Source: an uncultured Gemmatimonadota bacterium
Lineage (GTDB): Bacteria > JAAXHH01
Length of the DNA stretch: 64,000 nt
Assembly: GCA_951812955.1 (NCBI GenBank)
Contig: OX638340.1
Location: 3,264,001-3,328,000, forward strand
Reading direction: 5' to 3'
Shown here one piece after another: positions 50,219 through 60,701 of the stretch. Made by a program: the position numbers and the translations under genes. Positions within the stretch are counted from its first letter, which is position 1, and each line of letters opens with the position of its first letter. The notes below the pieces were generated by a model. It was not told the DNA's origin. It saw nothing but the letters and a program-made list of their open reading frames with translations, and did not search any database.

Positions 50219-51622
50219 ATGATTGTCATGAAATTCGGCGGCACTTCAGTCGGCAGCGCGGAGGCCATTCAACAAGTCGTCGAGATCGTCAGAAAATACC
50301 GCGAACGCGACCTGTTGGTGGTCCTGTCCGCCATGAGCACGGTAACCGACTCGCTTCGGGAAATGGCCGCGGAGGCCTGCGGGGGGACGGAGCCCTCGTC
50401 TTCCCTCTCGGCTTTGAGGAAACGCCATGACGAGACGATTCGCGCCTTGGCCGAAGGGGAGGAGCGGAACCGGGCCCTCGAAGTCTGTGAGGGACTGATC
50501 GATGAACTATCGGGAATCCTGCACGGTATCACGCTGCTCAAGGAGCTTTCCCCGCGTTCGGTCGACCTGGTCAGTTCCTTCGGCGAACGCCTTTCCGTGG
50601 TTGTCGTCTCCGCGGCCCTCAGGTCGGCCGGCCTGTCGTCTCTTCCTGTCGATGCGCGCGAATACGTGAAGACGAACGAGCGCTACACCGAAGCGGAAGT
50701 GAATTTCGCCGAAACGGAACGCCGCCTGTCGGCGGGACTGGTCCCCATGGTATCCGACGGACGCATTCCCATCATAACGGGGTTTATCGGTTCGACCGAT
50801 GAAGGTGTCACCACGACCCTCGGGCGGGGCGCTTCGGACTACACCGCCTCCCTTGTCGCCGGTGCGATACAGGCAGAAGAAGTATGGATCTGGACGGACG
50901 TGGACGGCGCGATGACGGCCGACCCGCGCATGGTCGAGGACGCCCGCGTACTCAAGGAGATTTCGTATCTCGAGGCCGCCGAGATGTCCTATTTCGGCGC
51001 CAAGGTGCTCCATCCCATGACCATGCAGCCCGCGGTAAAACAGGAGATTCCCATCCGGATCCGGAACACCTTCCGGACCGAAAACGGCGGTACGGTCATT
51101 TCTTCGCGCACCTTTGAGGCCCCGCTGGGGGTGAAGGCCGTGACAAGCATCGACCGGCTCTGCCTGATCGTGGTCGAAGGAACCAGTCTCAGCAGAACGC
51201 CGGATACGCACGCCCGGCTCTTCAAGACCACGGCGGAACGCAAGACCCAGGTCATCATGATTACGCAGGCTTCCTCCGAACACGACATCTGCCTGGTCGT
51301 TGACGAAAAGGACAGCCAGGGAACCGTCCGGGCGCTGAAGAAGGAATTCCGTCATGAAGTCGCCGAAGGCAGCCTGGAGGAAATCTCGGTTCAACCCGAC
51401 CTGGCCGTGGTGGCGGTGGTCGGCGGCGGCATGAAGGGAACCCCGGGCATCGCGGCCCGCACATTCGGCATCCTCGGCGAACACGGGGTCAATATCATCG
51501 CCATCGCCCAGGGTTCATCCGAGCTGAACATTTCATTCATTGTCGAACGGAACGACCTGCAGAAGACCGTTCAACTGGTACACGCGTCCTTTGGACTCGG
51601 AGAGGACGGAGATTTTGAGTAA
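50219..51622 (+). CDS. lysC: aspartate kinase
   Basis: MIVMKFGGTSV..., two C-terminal ACT domains. Confidence 0.9.
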   Translation: MIVMKFGGTSVGSAEAIQQVVEIVRKYRERDLLVVLSAMSTVTDSLREMAAEACGGTEPSSSLSALRKRHDETIRALAEGEERNRALEVCEGLIDELSGILHGITLLKELSPRSVDLVSSFGERLSVVVVSAALRSAGLSSLPVDAREYVKTNERYTEAEVNFAETERRLSAGLVPMVSDGRIPIITGFIGSTDEGVTTTLGRGASDYTASLVAGAIQAEEVWIWTDVDGAMTADPRMVEDARVLKEISYLEAAEMSYFGAKVLHPMTMQPAVKQEIPIRIRNTFRTENGGTVISSRTFEAPLGVKAVTSIDRLCLIVVEGTSLSRTPDTHARLFKTTAERKTQVIMITQASSEHDICLVVDEKDSQGTVRALKKEFRHEVAEGSLEEISVQPDLAVVAVVGGGMKGTPGIAARTFGILGEHGVNIIAIAQGSSELNISFIVERNDLQKTVQLVHASFGLGEDGDFE

Positions 51623-52721
51623 ATTAAACCTGTTTCAGTTCGGGAAGGGCAATATAGGCGGCGCATTGATCAGGCAGGTGGTGGACCGTACCGGGTCCCT
51701 GGCCGAAGCGAGCGGCCTTTGTTTCGAGTACGTAGGGATCTGCGGCCGGGACCAGGTGGTTTTCGATCCAGGGGGACTCAACGAGGCGCTTCAAGTAACC
51801 GGTGGACTCGACCGGTTGCTCGACGACGGGGACAGGCGTGCGGCCTACCCGGGCGCTGTTGCCATGATGGAACGTCTGCTGGATGATCCACCCGCGAACC
51901 TGTGCGTTATCGATACTACGTCCGCCGATATGACCGAAGTGCACCTGGGCTGTCTGCGCCGCGGCATTCCGGTCGTGACGGCCAACAAGAAACCCATAAC
52001 CGATCGGAGCAGTGCGTACGAAGAGATCCAGCGGCTCGGGCGCGCCCGGCGAATGCGATACTGGTACGAAACGACCGCCGGCGCCGGGCTGCCCGTCGTC
52101 AGTACGGTCAAGGAACTGGTGGACACCGGCGACGTGGTGACCGAAATCGCAGGATGCCTCAGCGGTACGCTGGGATACATCTGTTCCCGGCTTGACAGCG
52201 GGGGAGCCTTCTCGGAGATCGTCCGGGAAGCGAAGGAACTCGGTTTTACGGAACCAGATCCGCGGGACGACCTGAACGGAATGGACGTAGCAAGGAAAGC
52301 GCTGATCCTCGCGCGTGAGATCGGATACCGGCTTGAAATCGAAGAGCTGGAGATCAAGGGTATGGTCTCCGACGCCTTGCTGGAAGCCCCTTCGGTCGAG
52401 GCGTTCATGGATAAGCTCACCCTGGAAGACGCGGACTACGCACAGCGGGTCCAATCCTGCGGAAACAACGGGCAGGTGCTGCGATTCGTCGCGACGGTGG
52501 GAGACGACACTTGCCGGGTGGGACTCGAAAGTGTGGACCGGGAGAGTCCCCTGGGAAGCCTGGCCGGTCCGGATAACATGGTCGTATGCACCACGAAACG
52601 ATACCGAGACAACCCGCTGATCGTGCGGGGGCCGGGCGCCGGACCGGAGGTTACCGCCGGTGGCCTGTTTGGAGACCTGATCAAGGCCGCGAGAATGCTG
52701 TCCGGCAGCAATCATCCTTAA
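51615..52721 (+). CDS. hom: homoserine dehydrogenase
   Basis: ...[13 protein letters not shown]... NAD-binding N-terminus, ...VVTANKKP... catalytic region; probable TTG start overlapping lysC stop (track ATG at 51540 would overlap lysC by 83 nt). Confidence 0.85.
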   Translation: MSKLNLFQFGKGNIGGALIRQVVDRTGSLAEASGLCFEYVGICGRDQVVFDPGGLNEALQVTGGLDRLLDDGDRRAAYPGAVAMMERLLDDPPANLCVIDTTSADMTEVHLGCLRRGIPVVTANKKPITDRSSAYEEIQRLGRARRMRYWYETTAGAGLPVVSTVKELVDTGDVVTEIAGCLSGTLGYICSRLDSGGAFSEIVREAKELGFTEPDPRDDLNGMDVARKALILAREIGYRLEIEELEIKGMVSDALLEAPSVEAFMDKLTLEDADYAQRVQSCGNNGQVLRFVATVGDDTCRVGLESVDRESPLGSLAGPDNMVVCTTKRYRDNPLIVRGPGAGPEVTAGGLFGDLIKAARMLSGSNHP

Positions 52722-52748
52722 CCTGTACACCTGATTCGGGAGCATGAA

Positions 52749-53807
52749 GTGTCGAAGAATGAGATCAAAGTGGGTATCCTGGGCGCCACCGGGGCGGTAG
52801 GACAGCGGTTCGTCCAGTTACTCGAAAACCATCCGTGGTTCAGGGTCACCGCGCTTGCGGCTTCGGAGCGGTCGGCCGGCAAACCCTACTCGGAAGCCGT
52901 GACCTGGCGGCTGGATACGCCGATCCCGGCAGCCGTCGTCGAGATACCCGTATCGCTTTGCGAGCCGGGACTGGACTGCGACCTGGTATTCTCCGGCCTG
53001 GATTCCGCGGTGGCTGGCCCCATCGAGGCGGCTTTCGCGGCGGCCGACTACGCCGTGGTGAGCAATTCGAAGAACCACCGCATGGACGAAGACGTTCCCC
53101 TGCTCGTTCCCGAGGTCAACGCGGACCATTGCGGGATCATCGACCGGCAGCGTAAGCGCAGGGGGTATGGGCGCGGATTCATCGCGACCAATCCGAACTG
53201 TTCCACCATCGGTCTTGCGATGGCGCTGAAACCGATTGCCGACCGCTTTGGAATAACGCGGGTCGCGGTTACCACCATGCAGGCCCTGTCCGGCGCCGGT
53301 TATCCGGGGGTTTCTTCGCTCGAAATCCTGGATAACGTGCTTCCCTACATCGGGGAAGAAGAAGAGAAGATGGAGCGGGAAACCCTGAAGCTGCTGGGCA
53401 GGTTCCACGACGGCCGGATTAAAAACGCCCGGACCGTCGTCAGCGCCCAGTGCAACCGGGTACACGTCCAGGACGGACACATGGAATGCGTCTCGGTGGC
53501 CCTGGAGAACGAGACAGACGTAAACGGCCTCGCCGAAGCGCTGCGCAACCACCGGGGGCCGCCCCAGGAACTCGGCCTGCCATTTGCCCCCAGGCGCCCG
53601 ATTATCGTCCGCGATGAACCGGACCGGCCGCAGCCGAGGATAGACCGCGACGCCGAAAACGGCATGGCCGTGACGGTGGGGCGCATACGGCCCTGCCCCG
53701 TACTCGACATGAAATTCGTGGTGCTGTCACACAATACCGTCCGTGGGGCCGCCGGAACCGCCATTTTGAACGCGGAACTGCTGCGGACCCGGGGATTTCT
53801 GGACTGA
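52749..53807 (+). CDS. asd: aspartate-semialdehyde dehydrogenase
   Basis: ...[14 protein letters not shown]..., catalytic ...NPNCSTIG... Confidence 0.9.
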   Translation: MSKNEIKVGILGATGAVGQRFVQLLENHPWFRVTALAASERSAGKPYSEAVTWRLDTPIPAAVVEIPVSLCEPGLDCDLVFSGLDSAVAGPIEAAFAAADYAVVSNSKNHRMDEDVPLLVPEVNADHCGIIDRQRKRRGYGRGFIATNPNCSTIGLAMALKPIADRFGITRVAVTTMQALSGAGYPGVSSLEILDNVLPYIGEEEEKMERETLKLLGRFHDGRIKNARTVVSAQCNRVHVQDGHMECVSVALENETDVNGLAEALRNHRGPPQELGLPFAPRRPIIVRDEPDRPQPRIDRDAENGMAVTVGRIRPCPVLDMKFVVLSHNTVRGAAGTAILNAELLRTRGFLD

Positions 53808-53811
53808 GCTC

Positions 53812-55704
53812 ATGAAACGCTGGATACACAGCAGCCTCATCGCGTTGCTGCTTCTCATCACTCCATCCGTATCGGGGCAGGAGATCTCCGTCACCGCGGA
53901 GGTGAGCCGTAACCGAATGACGGTCGACGAAACACTGGTGCTGACTGTCTCGGTCTCCGGTTCCAATCTGGGCGACGTCCCGAAGCCCGTGTTGCCCGAC
54001 ATGCAGTCGTTCATCGTCATCGGCAGCACCTCCTCCACGTCCTCCAGCTTCAATCTGGTTAACGGGAAACTGTCCTCGTCCAAATCGGTCCGGTTCATCT
54101 ACCAGTTGAAGCCCCGGAATTCAGGGACCTTCGTCATCGACCCGGCAGAGGTGACTTACGACGGCGTCAAGCACGAAACCACGCCTATTTCGATAGAAGT
54201 TGCTCCGTCCGCCTCAGGCGCCGCGCCTGCGGCAGGAAACCGTGTCGCACCGGGGGGCGGTTCCCCTTCCTCGGCCATGGGTTCAATGCCGGATGACACG
54301 GCACAACCGGACCTGGGCGACGCAGTCTACATCCGGACCACCCTGGACAAGAAGCAGGCCTACGTGGGTGAGCAGGTAACGGTGACCTATACGCTATATA
54401 CCCGCCTGGGTCTTTCGAATGCGCGTTACGACGTAGTCCCCTCCTATACCGGTTTCTGGATGGAAGAGCAGTTTACCGCGCATCACCTCGATTTCATGGA
54501 AGAGATCATCGCCGGCCGGCGGTACGCCGTATCGAAACTGCGTCAGATCGCGTTGTTCCCCACCGTGACCGGGGAGCTGACCATCGACCCGTTGTCGATG
54601 GTCTGTGACGTACAGGGCGAAAGGTCCCGAAGAAGCCTCTTCGACAGCTTTCTCAACGATCCCTTCGATACGTTTTTCTCGAACACGCGCCAGGTCAGGG
54701 TGGCATCCGTGGAGCAGACCGTGCGGGTACTGCCATTGCCGGACGCGGGCCGCCCTGCCGGTTTCAGCAACGCGGTGGGCGATTTCTCACTCGAGGCGAC
54801 CGTGGATCAGGCCACCACCGAAGTAAACCAGCCAGTGACGCTGACGGTCGTGCTGGCCGGCGAGGGCAACCTGAAGACCGTGGAAGATCCCGTCCTGCCG
54901 CCGCTCGGGGTTTTCAATGAATACCAGTCCGGCAACAAGGCGGAATACGAGTCGGGCGGGTTGCGCATTTCCGGCACAAAAACCTGGGAACACGTGCTGA
55001 TCCCCACGGCCCCCGGCGAACACATCATCGCGCCGCTCGAATTTCCGTTTTTCAATCCCGATACGGATTCCTACCGGATTACGACAACCGATCCGGTAAC
55101 GGTAACCGTCCTGCCGGCCAGCGGAGTGCAGGCGGCTGCCGCCGTTATACCGCGCAAGACTCCCGTCCGGCAAATACGCAAGGATATACAATACATCAAA
55201 CCCGAAACGGTTTTCCTCGGCGACCAGGGAGAGGTTCTGTACCAGTCGTCCTGGTACCTGCTATTGCATGTCCTGCCCGTCGCGGCGGTCCTGGCCACGG
55301 TACTTTACAGGTCGCATGCCCATCGCCTCCGGCGCGACGCCGGTTATGCCCGCCGGCGACGGGCGAAAAGCAACGCCCTGGGCGAACTGAGGCAGTCCGG
55401 AGAGAAGCTGAAGCGGGATGCGCTCGACCAGGCCATCACCGGCATATCCAACGCGTTGTACGGTTATATCGCCGCCAGGTGCAATCTGCCGACGGCCGGC
55501 CTGACGTCGGCCCGCGTCGTCGAACTCCTCAGGGAACGAGGCGTGGACGAAGAGACGGTCGGTCTGGTCAGGGACTGCCTGGACTCCTGTGACCTGGCCC
55601 GTTTCGCCCGGACGGCGCATTCGGCCGAACACACCGAAAACCTTCTTGGCAGGGCACGGAACGGAATCGAATCCATCGAATCGCAGTTAAACGGTGACCG
55701 GTGA
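53812..55704 (+). CDS. batD: BatD-like protein (signal peptide, C-terminal TM anchor)
   Basis: Size, topology and position after batA-C. Confidence 0.65.
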   Translation: MKRWIHSSLIALLLLITPSVSGQEISVTAEVSRNRMTVDETLVLTVSVSGSNLGDVPKPVLPDMQSFIVIGSTSSTSSSFNLVNGKLSSSKSVRFIYQLKPRNSGTFVIDPAEVTYDGVKHETTPISIEVAPSASGAAPAAGNRVAPGGGSPSSAMGSMPDDTAQPDLGDAVYIRTTLDKKQAYVGEQVTVTYTLYTRLGLSNARYDVVPSYTGFWMEEQFTAHHLDFMEEIIAGRRYAVSKLRQIALFPTVTGELTIDPLSMVCDVQGERSRRSLFDSFLNDPFDTFFSNTRQVRVASVEQTVRVLPLPDAGRPAGFSNAVGDFSLEATVDQATTEVNQPVTLTVVLAGEGNLKTVEDPVLPPLGVFNEYQSGNKAEYESGGLRISGTKTWEHVLIPTAPGEHIIAPLEFPFFNPDTDSYRITTTDPVTVTVLPASGVQAAAAVIPRKTPVRQIRKDIQYIKPETVFLGDQGEVLYQSSWYLLLHVLPVAAVLATVLYRSHAHRLRRDAGYARRRRAKSNALGELRQSGEKLKRDALDQAITGISNALYGYIAARCNLPTAGLTSARVVELLRERGVDEETVGLVRDCLDSCDLARFARTAHSAEHTENLLGRARNGIESIESQLNGDR

Positions 55705-56558
55705 AAGCCACTAAACCATCCAGCATGCGCGCAAAGGGCCAATTGAAAGCCGGCACGAACCCGCTGGGACGACCGGAAATCCAGGGTTTTCGCAACCTGG
55801 TCTCGGGGTTGATCGTGGCCGTTTTTGTCAGCGGTTTCGCGTCCGCGGGTTGCGCCGGGGAAACGGCAGACAGGCAGACCGTGGAGTTGTACCGGCAGGG
55901 CAACCTGCTCTACGAGGGCGGAAAGTATGCGGAAGCGAGCCGGACGTACGAACGCATCATCGAACGCGGTATACGTAATGGGCACGTGTACTACAATCTG
56001 GGCAACGCGTATTACAAACAGGACCAGATAGGCCGTGCCATCCTGGCCTACGAGAGGGCATCCCGGCTCATGCCCCGGGACGTGGATTTGAGGAGCAACC
56101 TGGACCTGGCCAACGAACGGACGACCGACCGTATAGCCGTGGACGTGCCCTGGTTCGGCAGGCAGGCGCTGGACGCGGTGACCGTGAACCAGGCCACGGC
56201 CGCTGCAACCGCGGCCGGGTTCCTCGCGTCGCTGGCCCTGGTGTTCTACCTGCTCGCTACACGGCCTCGTGCGCGGTCCGCCGCCGGTTACGCACTGCTG
56301 GCCACGAGCCTTGTCCTACTTATGGCCATCGGGTTCATAAGTATAAAAATATACGACGTTCTGGAGAACCGGAATGGTATCGTCCTGAGTCCGGCGGCCG
56401 TCGTCAGGACGAGTCCGGACGCTTCATCCGAACCGGTTTTCACCCTGCACGAAGGCGCAAAGGTCCAGTTGGTCGAACACCGGGACGAATGGACGAGAAT
56501 CCGCCTGCCGGACGGCAAAAACGGTTGGCTTTCCCGGGAAGACCTGGAAGGCATCTGA
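55701..56558 (+). CDS. batE: BatE-like protein (TPR repeats, TM segment, C-terminal SH3b-like domain)
   Basis: ...YYNLGNAYYKQDQIGRAILAYERA... TPR; C-term ...DEWTRIRLPDGKNGWLSREDLEGI SH3b-like. Confidence 0.6.
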   Translation: MKATKPSSMRAKGQLKAGTNPLGRPEIQGFRNLVSGLIVAVFVSGFASAGCAGETADRQTVELYRQGNLLYEGGKYAEASRTYERIIERGIRNGHVYYNLGNAYYKQDQIGRAILAYERASRLMPRDVDLRSNLDLANERTTDRIAVDVPWFGRQALDAVTVNQATAAATAAGFLASLALVFYLLATRPRARSAAGYALLATSLVLLMAIGFISIKIYDVLENRNGIVLSPAAVVRTSPDASSEPVFTLHEGAKVQLVEHRDEWTRIRLPDGKNGWLSREDLEGI

Positions 56559-56621
56559 CCCGCGACGGGACAGCGTAACCATTTTATAGTTTCGAACCCG
56601 GAAGCAGAACGGTGAGGCCCA

Positions 56622-57818
56622 ATGTTTACAGCTATATCAGGACCGCAGACCTGCCGCATCGATCCCAGAGACCGGGACTACTGGGCCGAGGTACGTTCCC
56701 GGTTCATCCTGGAACCGGGTCACGCCTATCTCAACAACGCCGCACTGGGCATGCCCCCAAAACCCGTTCAGGACTCCGTCGCCGAGGGCTTTCGGCTGAT
56801 GTCCGAAAACCCATCGAAGGCCAAGCGGGTGTTCCACGACTACATCGAAGGAGAACTCAGGCCGGCCATGACCGGGTTTCTGCGTGCGAAGACCGGTGAA
56901 ATCGCCCTGGCTCGCAACGCGACAGAGGGCCTCTACCATATCATAAACGGCCTGGACCTGGCGCCCGGTGACCGCATCCTGATGACTACGCAGGAGCATC
57001 CCAGCGCCGTGCGGCCCTGGAAGGTCAGGTCGGAAAGGGACGGGATCGAGATCAGGGAGGTCCATATCCCCAGTCCGCTGGCCGGTGAAGACGATATCCT
57101 GGAACGCATTTCCGAGGCGATAGACGAACGGGTGAAAGTGCTCTTCTTCTGTCACGTCACCCGAGGGGGATACCTGTATCCGGTCAAACGACTTTGCGCT
57201 TTGGCCAGGGAGCGGGGATTGATTACGGCCATAGACGGCGCCCAGGCGGTGGGGATGATGGACGTCGACCTGACGGAAATAGACTGCGACATGTACACCA
57301 ACAGCCTGCACAAGTGGTTTCTCGGTCCGGCCGGTACCGGGTTTCTATACGTCAACCACGCCATGCAGCCATCTTTCAGCTCATTGTACGCGCCGGCATC
57401 CGAACCCGGCGGGGACGCCCGTCACTACGAGATCCAGGGGACCTACGATCTGCCCGTGCGCGCGGCGCTCGGCACCGCACTGGACTTCCTGAACCGAATC
57501 GGTATAGACAACATAGAGCGGCGACTGCGCATGCTGTCGGATTACCTGAGAAAAGCCCTCCTGGACATCCCCCGGCTGCGGCTGCTCACCAGCCTGTCCC
57601 ACGACATATCGTCGCCAGGTTCCACCATCTTCGAGTTCGACGGAATCAATGCGGCGCGGTGGCGCGGTCCCCTGGAGGAGGAAGCGAATCTCCACGTGGA
57701 CGACCACGACCGGGACGGTCACCGGGGCATCCGGATCTCGACCCACTACTACAACACAACGGACGAAATCGACCGGTGCGTGGACAAGTTAAAAGAAATG
57801 CTAAGGCGGGAAGGTTAG
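56622..57818 (+). CDS. class-V aminotransferase-fold PLP enzyme (cysteine desulfurase / isopenicillin-N epimerase-like)
   Basis: ...YLNNAALG..., ...MYTNSLHKWFLGPAGTGFLY... PLP-lysine (SLHK) region. Confidence 0.8.
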   Translation: MFTAISGPQTCRIDPRDRDYWAEVRSRFILEPGHAYLNNAALGMPPKPVQDSVAEGFRLMSENPSKAKRVFHDYIEGELRPAMTGFLRAKTGEIALARNATEGLYHIINGLDLAPGDRILMTTQEHPSAVRPWKVRSERDGIEIREVHIPSPLAGEDDILERISEAIDERVKVLFFCHVTRGGYLYPVKRLCALARERGLITAIDGAQAVGMMDVDLTEIDCDMYTNSLHKWFLGPAGTGFLYVNHAMQPSFSSLYAPASEPGGDARHYEIQGTYDLPVRAALGTALDFLNRIGIDNIERRLRMLSDYLRKALLDIPRLRLLTSLSHDISSPGSTIFEFDGINAARWRGPLEEEANLHVDDHDRDGHRGIRISTHYYNTTDEIDRCVDKLKEMLRREG

Positions 57819-57847
57819 GAAGGCGTGGAGGTTTTCAGCCGGTCTTA

Positions 57848-57939
57848 CGGTAGCCTGAGCATCGCGCCGTGCGCAGCCTGAGCGTCGCGCCAACGGCAGT
57901 GTAAGCATCGCGCCAACGGCAGTGTAAGCATCGCGCCGC
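57848..57939 (+). repeat. 4 x 23-bp imperfect tandem repeat (GCAGyGTAAGCATCGCGCCAACG-like) between convergent aminotransferase and sulfotransferase genes
   Basis: Read directly from sequence. Confidence 0.8.
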
Positions 57940-57943
57940 CGAC

Positions 57944-58663
57944 TCAGTCCCCGTACCCCAGTTCCGCCAGCGCTTCGCCCAGCAGGTCCAGCTGAAGATC
58001 GCCGCCTGCCTTCTTCCAACGGCCCACGGCCTCGGGTCGTACGACGATCCGGCTCAGGGGAATGCCGAGAAAGGCTTCGAGTCGGAGAAGCGTCTCCTCC
58101 TGTTTCAGCACGAAGTCTTCAAACCGGACAGTAATGAGATGGCCGGGGTTCGGCGTGGCCTTCATGAGCTGGTACTGGTACAGCCAGGAAATTGCCCTCT
58201 GCCGCCGGATGTTCTCCGTGGCGGGATACGCAATTCCGAAATCTCCAAGATCGTCCGTCCTGTGCGGGGCAAGGATGCCGTCCCTCGGATCCCGGATCCA
58301 GTGAATGTAGCGGATATCGGGAAACATGCGGACGATCCAGGGATAGATGAGCGTGGTCTCCGGCAGTTTCCAACCGCGGCAGGGGTTTCCGTTTTCCATC
58401 ACGTCCGCCAGGTACGATTCCACCTTCTCCACGAATGACGAATCGATATCCATCTCCATCACCCGAGAGAAATCCCAGGATAGACCGCCCTCCCACCGGA
58501 CGTACCCGGCGAAGATCCGGCAGGCGTCGTACAGGTCGCCAGGCGGTACTTTGTCGCCCGACGTATTGATCGTCCTGCCCATGAACACGCCGCTGGTATA
58601 GAGCGTGTGCGACATGGCTCTCGTTCCGGAATGTCCCCGGCCTATGATGGTGACGATGGGCAT
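57944..58663 (-). CDS. sulfotransferase family protein
   Basis: IIGRGHSGTR = 5'-PSB (PAPS) loop, ...RDPRD... 3'-PB motif. Confidence 0.7.
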   Translation of the reverse strand: MPIVTIIGRGHSGTRAMSHTLYTSGVFMGRTINTSGDKVPPGDLYDACRIFAGYVRWEGGLSWDFSRVMEMDIDSSFVEKVESYLADVMENGNPCRGWKLPETTLIYPWIVRMFPDIRYIHWIRDPRDGILAPHRTDDLGDFGIAYPATENIRRQRAISWLYQYQLMKATPNPGHLITVRFEDFVLKQEETLLRLEAFLGIPLSRIVVRPEAVGRWKKAGGDLQLDLLGEALAELGYGD

Positions 58664-58702
58664 GACGGTAACCTGACTGCGATCGATTCGCGTTCTGCCG
58701 GG

Positions 58703-59386
58703 TCAGACCCTGATCGTGGACATGGTGATATGCCCGTCGAAACACAGGTCGACATCACTGCCTGTCTTCCGGGGTCGTTCGTGGTAGACCCCGGTATGTA
58801 AATACCCGTTCCCTTCGGCGGTGAACGTGTTCTTGAAGGGGCTGGTATCCACGGGGGCGGTTCTCGTTTCCAACCGGGTCTCTCCGTGATCCGGGTGGGG
58901 CAGGTTGATGTTGAGGAAGCATCCCGCATCCAGGTTCTGGCGAAACAGGCGTTCCAGGACCGGCTGCAGGCGTGCAGCGGCCAGCTGCCAGTCGACCGGG
59001 CGGTCGTCTATGGTGTAGTGAGAGAGCGCCATGGCCTTGCAGCCGTGGAAAACGGCCTCCCTGGCGGCGGCCACGGTGCCGGATTCGTAGACGTCCACCC
59101 CGAGATTGGCCCCGTGGTTGATGCCCGAAAGCACCCAGTCCCCATCGACCGCAAGCTCGTTGAGCGCCAGGCGCGCGCAGTCGGCCGGCGTCCCCCATAC
59201 CCTGTAACGGTTCTCCGAGAGAGCATCCACCCGGATGGGCCGGTTGTTGGTCAACTGGTGGCTGATACCGGACTGATGTTCCGCCGGTGCAACGACGACC
59301 ACGTCGCCCCACCGGGATGCAAGGCGGGCGAGGGTCAGCAGACCCTGCGCCTCAATGCCGTCGTCGTTGGTTACGATCAATTTCAC
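58703..59386 (-). CDS. surE: 5'/3'-nucleotidase SurE
   Basis: MKLIVTNDDGIEAQGL... canonical SurE N-terminus. Confidence 0.85.
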   Translation of the reverse strand: MKLIVTNDDGIEAQGLLTLARLASRWGDVVVVAPAEHQSGISHQLTNNRPIRVDALSENRYRVWGTPADCARLALNELAVDGDWVLSGINHGANLGVDVYESGTVAAAREAVFHGCKAMALSHYTIDDRPVDWQLAAARLQPVLERLFRQNLDAGCFLNINLPHPDHGETRLETRTAPVDTSPFKNTFTAEGNGYLHTGVYHERPRKTGSDVDLCFDGHITMSTIRV

Positions 59387-59775
59387 CGCGGCCTACTTGC
59401 CCTGTGTGATCGAAGTTCCGGAAGGATTATAATGCGATCGGGATGTGGTCGAAGTGCGGGGAGCATCCGTTCCCTGACGGTTCCAGGTACCATTTATTCG
59501 GCGCCAGCAGGGATAGATCAGGCGGAAAACCGGGTAGATGACGATGATGGCGATTCCGCCGCTGATCCACTGGATGAAACGGGCAAGGAGCAGGTTGTTC
59601 TTTTTTCTCATGTAGATTACACACGGGTTGTCGAACTTGCGAAAACAAAAAACGACCGGTCCATGGTGCCGACTGATCGTGGATTATCTTAGTCGATTTT
59701 GTACCGGTTGTCAAGCCCGATCACACGGCCGCAGTCGAAGCGAGAGGTCGGCCGGGTGATAAAAGACGCCGCGAT

Positions 59776-60696
59776 CTACGCGTCTTGGGCGGGACGCTCG
59801 GGACGACCCTCGGGCATGACAAATGCCATGAAAAGGTAGATCAGCGTAACCATTCCCACGGAAAAGAGAAAAGCGATGAAGAACCCGATGCGTACGAGGG
59901 TGGGATCCAGATCGAACGCATCCGCGAGGCCGTTGCACACGCCGAAGATCTTTTTGCCTTCCCGTAACCGGTACAGTCGTCGATGTCTGAAGACCTCCAT
60001 GATTTGTCCTCTGAAAACGATCAGGATGAATACCGCCGCGCCAATGGCCACGATGGGTACCATCGGAAGAATGAAGGAGAATCGTCCGAATTCCGGTGTG
60101 TATGAATAGGTCAGCACCATCACGGCCAACAGCGTCAGCAAGATACCCCAGACCATGCTGTTGTTCTGAGTGGTACTCCGGTATCCCTTGCCGGCCTGTT
60201 TCGCCTGATCCGCCTGTTCGGTCTGGCCGGCTTGGTCCACCTGTTCGGCCTGTTTCGCTTGTTCGGTCTGGCCGGCTTGGTCCGCCTGTTCGGTCTGGCC
60301 GGCTTGGTCCGCCTGTGCCTTCTGATCCACGTGGTCCACCTGTTTAACCTGGTCCACCTGGGTCACCTGGTCCGCGAGGACCTTCCGGGCCGCCCGATCT
60401 CCCTCATCCGCCAGGTCTGCCTGGACTTTCCGGACCGCCTGGTCCGCCTGTCCGGAGCCTGGAGGCGAGCCGGCCGCGGCCGCGGAAGCCGGGACCGGAT
60501 TCCGGGGTATGATGAAAATGCAAACCAGATACGCCAGAAAGACAAAAGGTCCAAAGACGGGCAATGTAATCACCGTGAAGGCGACCATGGCGATCCGGAG
60601 TACGGAGGGATCCACGTCGAAGTATTCGGCCAGTCCACCGCAGATGCCGCTGATCATCCGGTTGGATGTGGATCTGTAGAGAGTTTTCTCAGGCAT
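59776..60696 (-). CDS. tandem PspC-domain envelope-stress membrane protein with Q/A/D/E-rich repeat linker
   Basis: Two PspC domains (…ISGICGGLAEYFDVDPSVLRIAMV… and …IFGVCNGLADAFDLDPTLVRIGFF…); start at MPEKTLYRS (ATG 60694-60696), upstream part of track ORF is a different gene in another frame. Confidence 0.75.
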   Translation of the reverse strand: MPEKTLYRSTSNRMISGICGGLAEYFDVDPSVLRIAMVAFTVITLPVFGPFVFLAYLVCIFIIPRNPVPASAAAAGSPPGSGQADQAVRKVQADLADEGDRAARKVLADQVTQVDQVKQVDHVDQKAQADQAGQTEQADQAGQTEQAKQAEQVDQAGQTEQADQAKQAGKGYRSTTQNNSMVWGILLTLLAVMVLTYSYTPEFGRFSFILPMVPIVAIGAAVFILIVFRGQIMEVFRHRRLYRLREGKKIFGVCNGLADAFDLDPTLVRIGFFIAFLFSVGMVTLIYLFMAFVMPEGRPERPAQDA

Positions 60697-60701
60697 GGTC
60701 G

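Noticed and set aside
52818-53552. 244-aa minus-strand ORF
   Set aside because: Antisense to asd.
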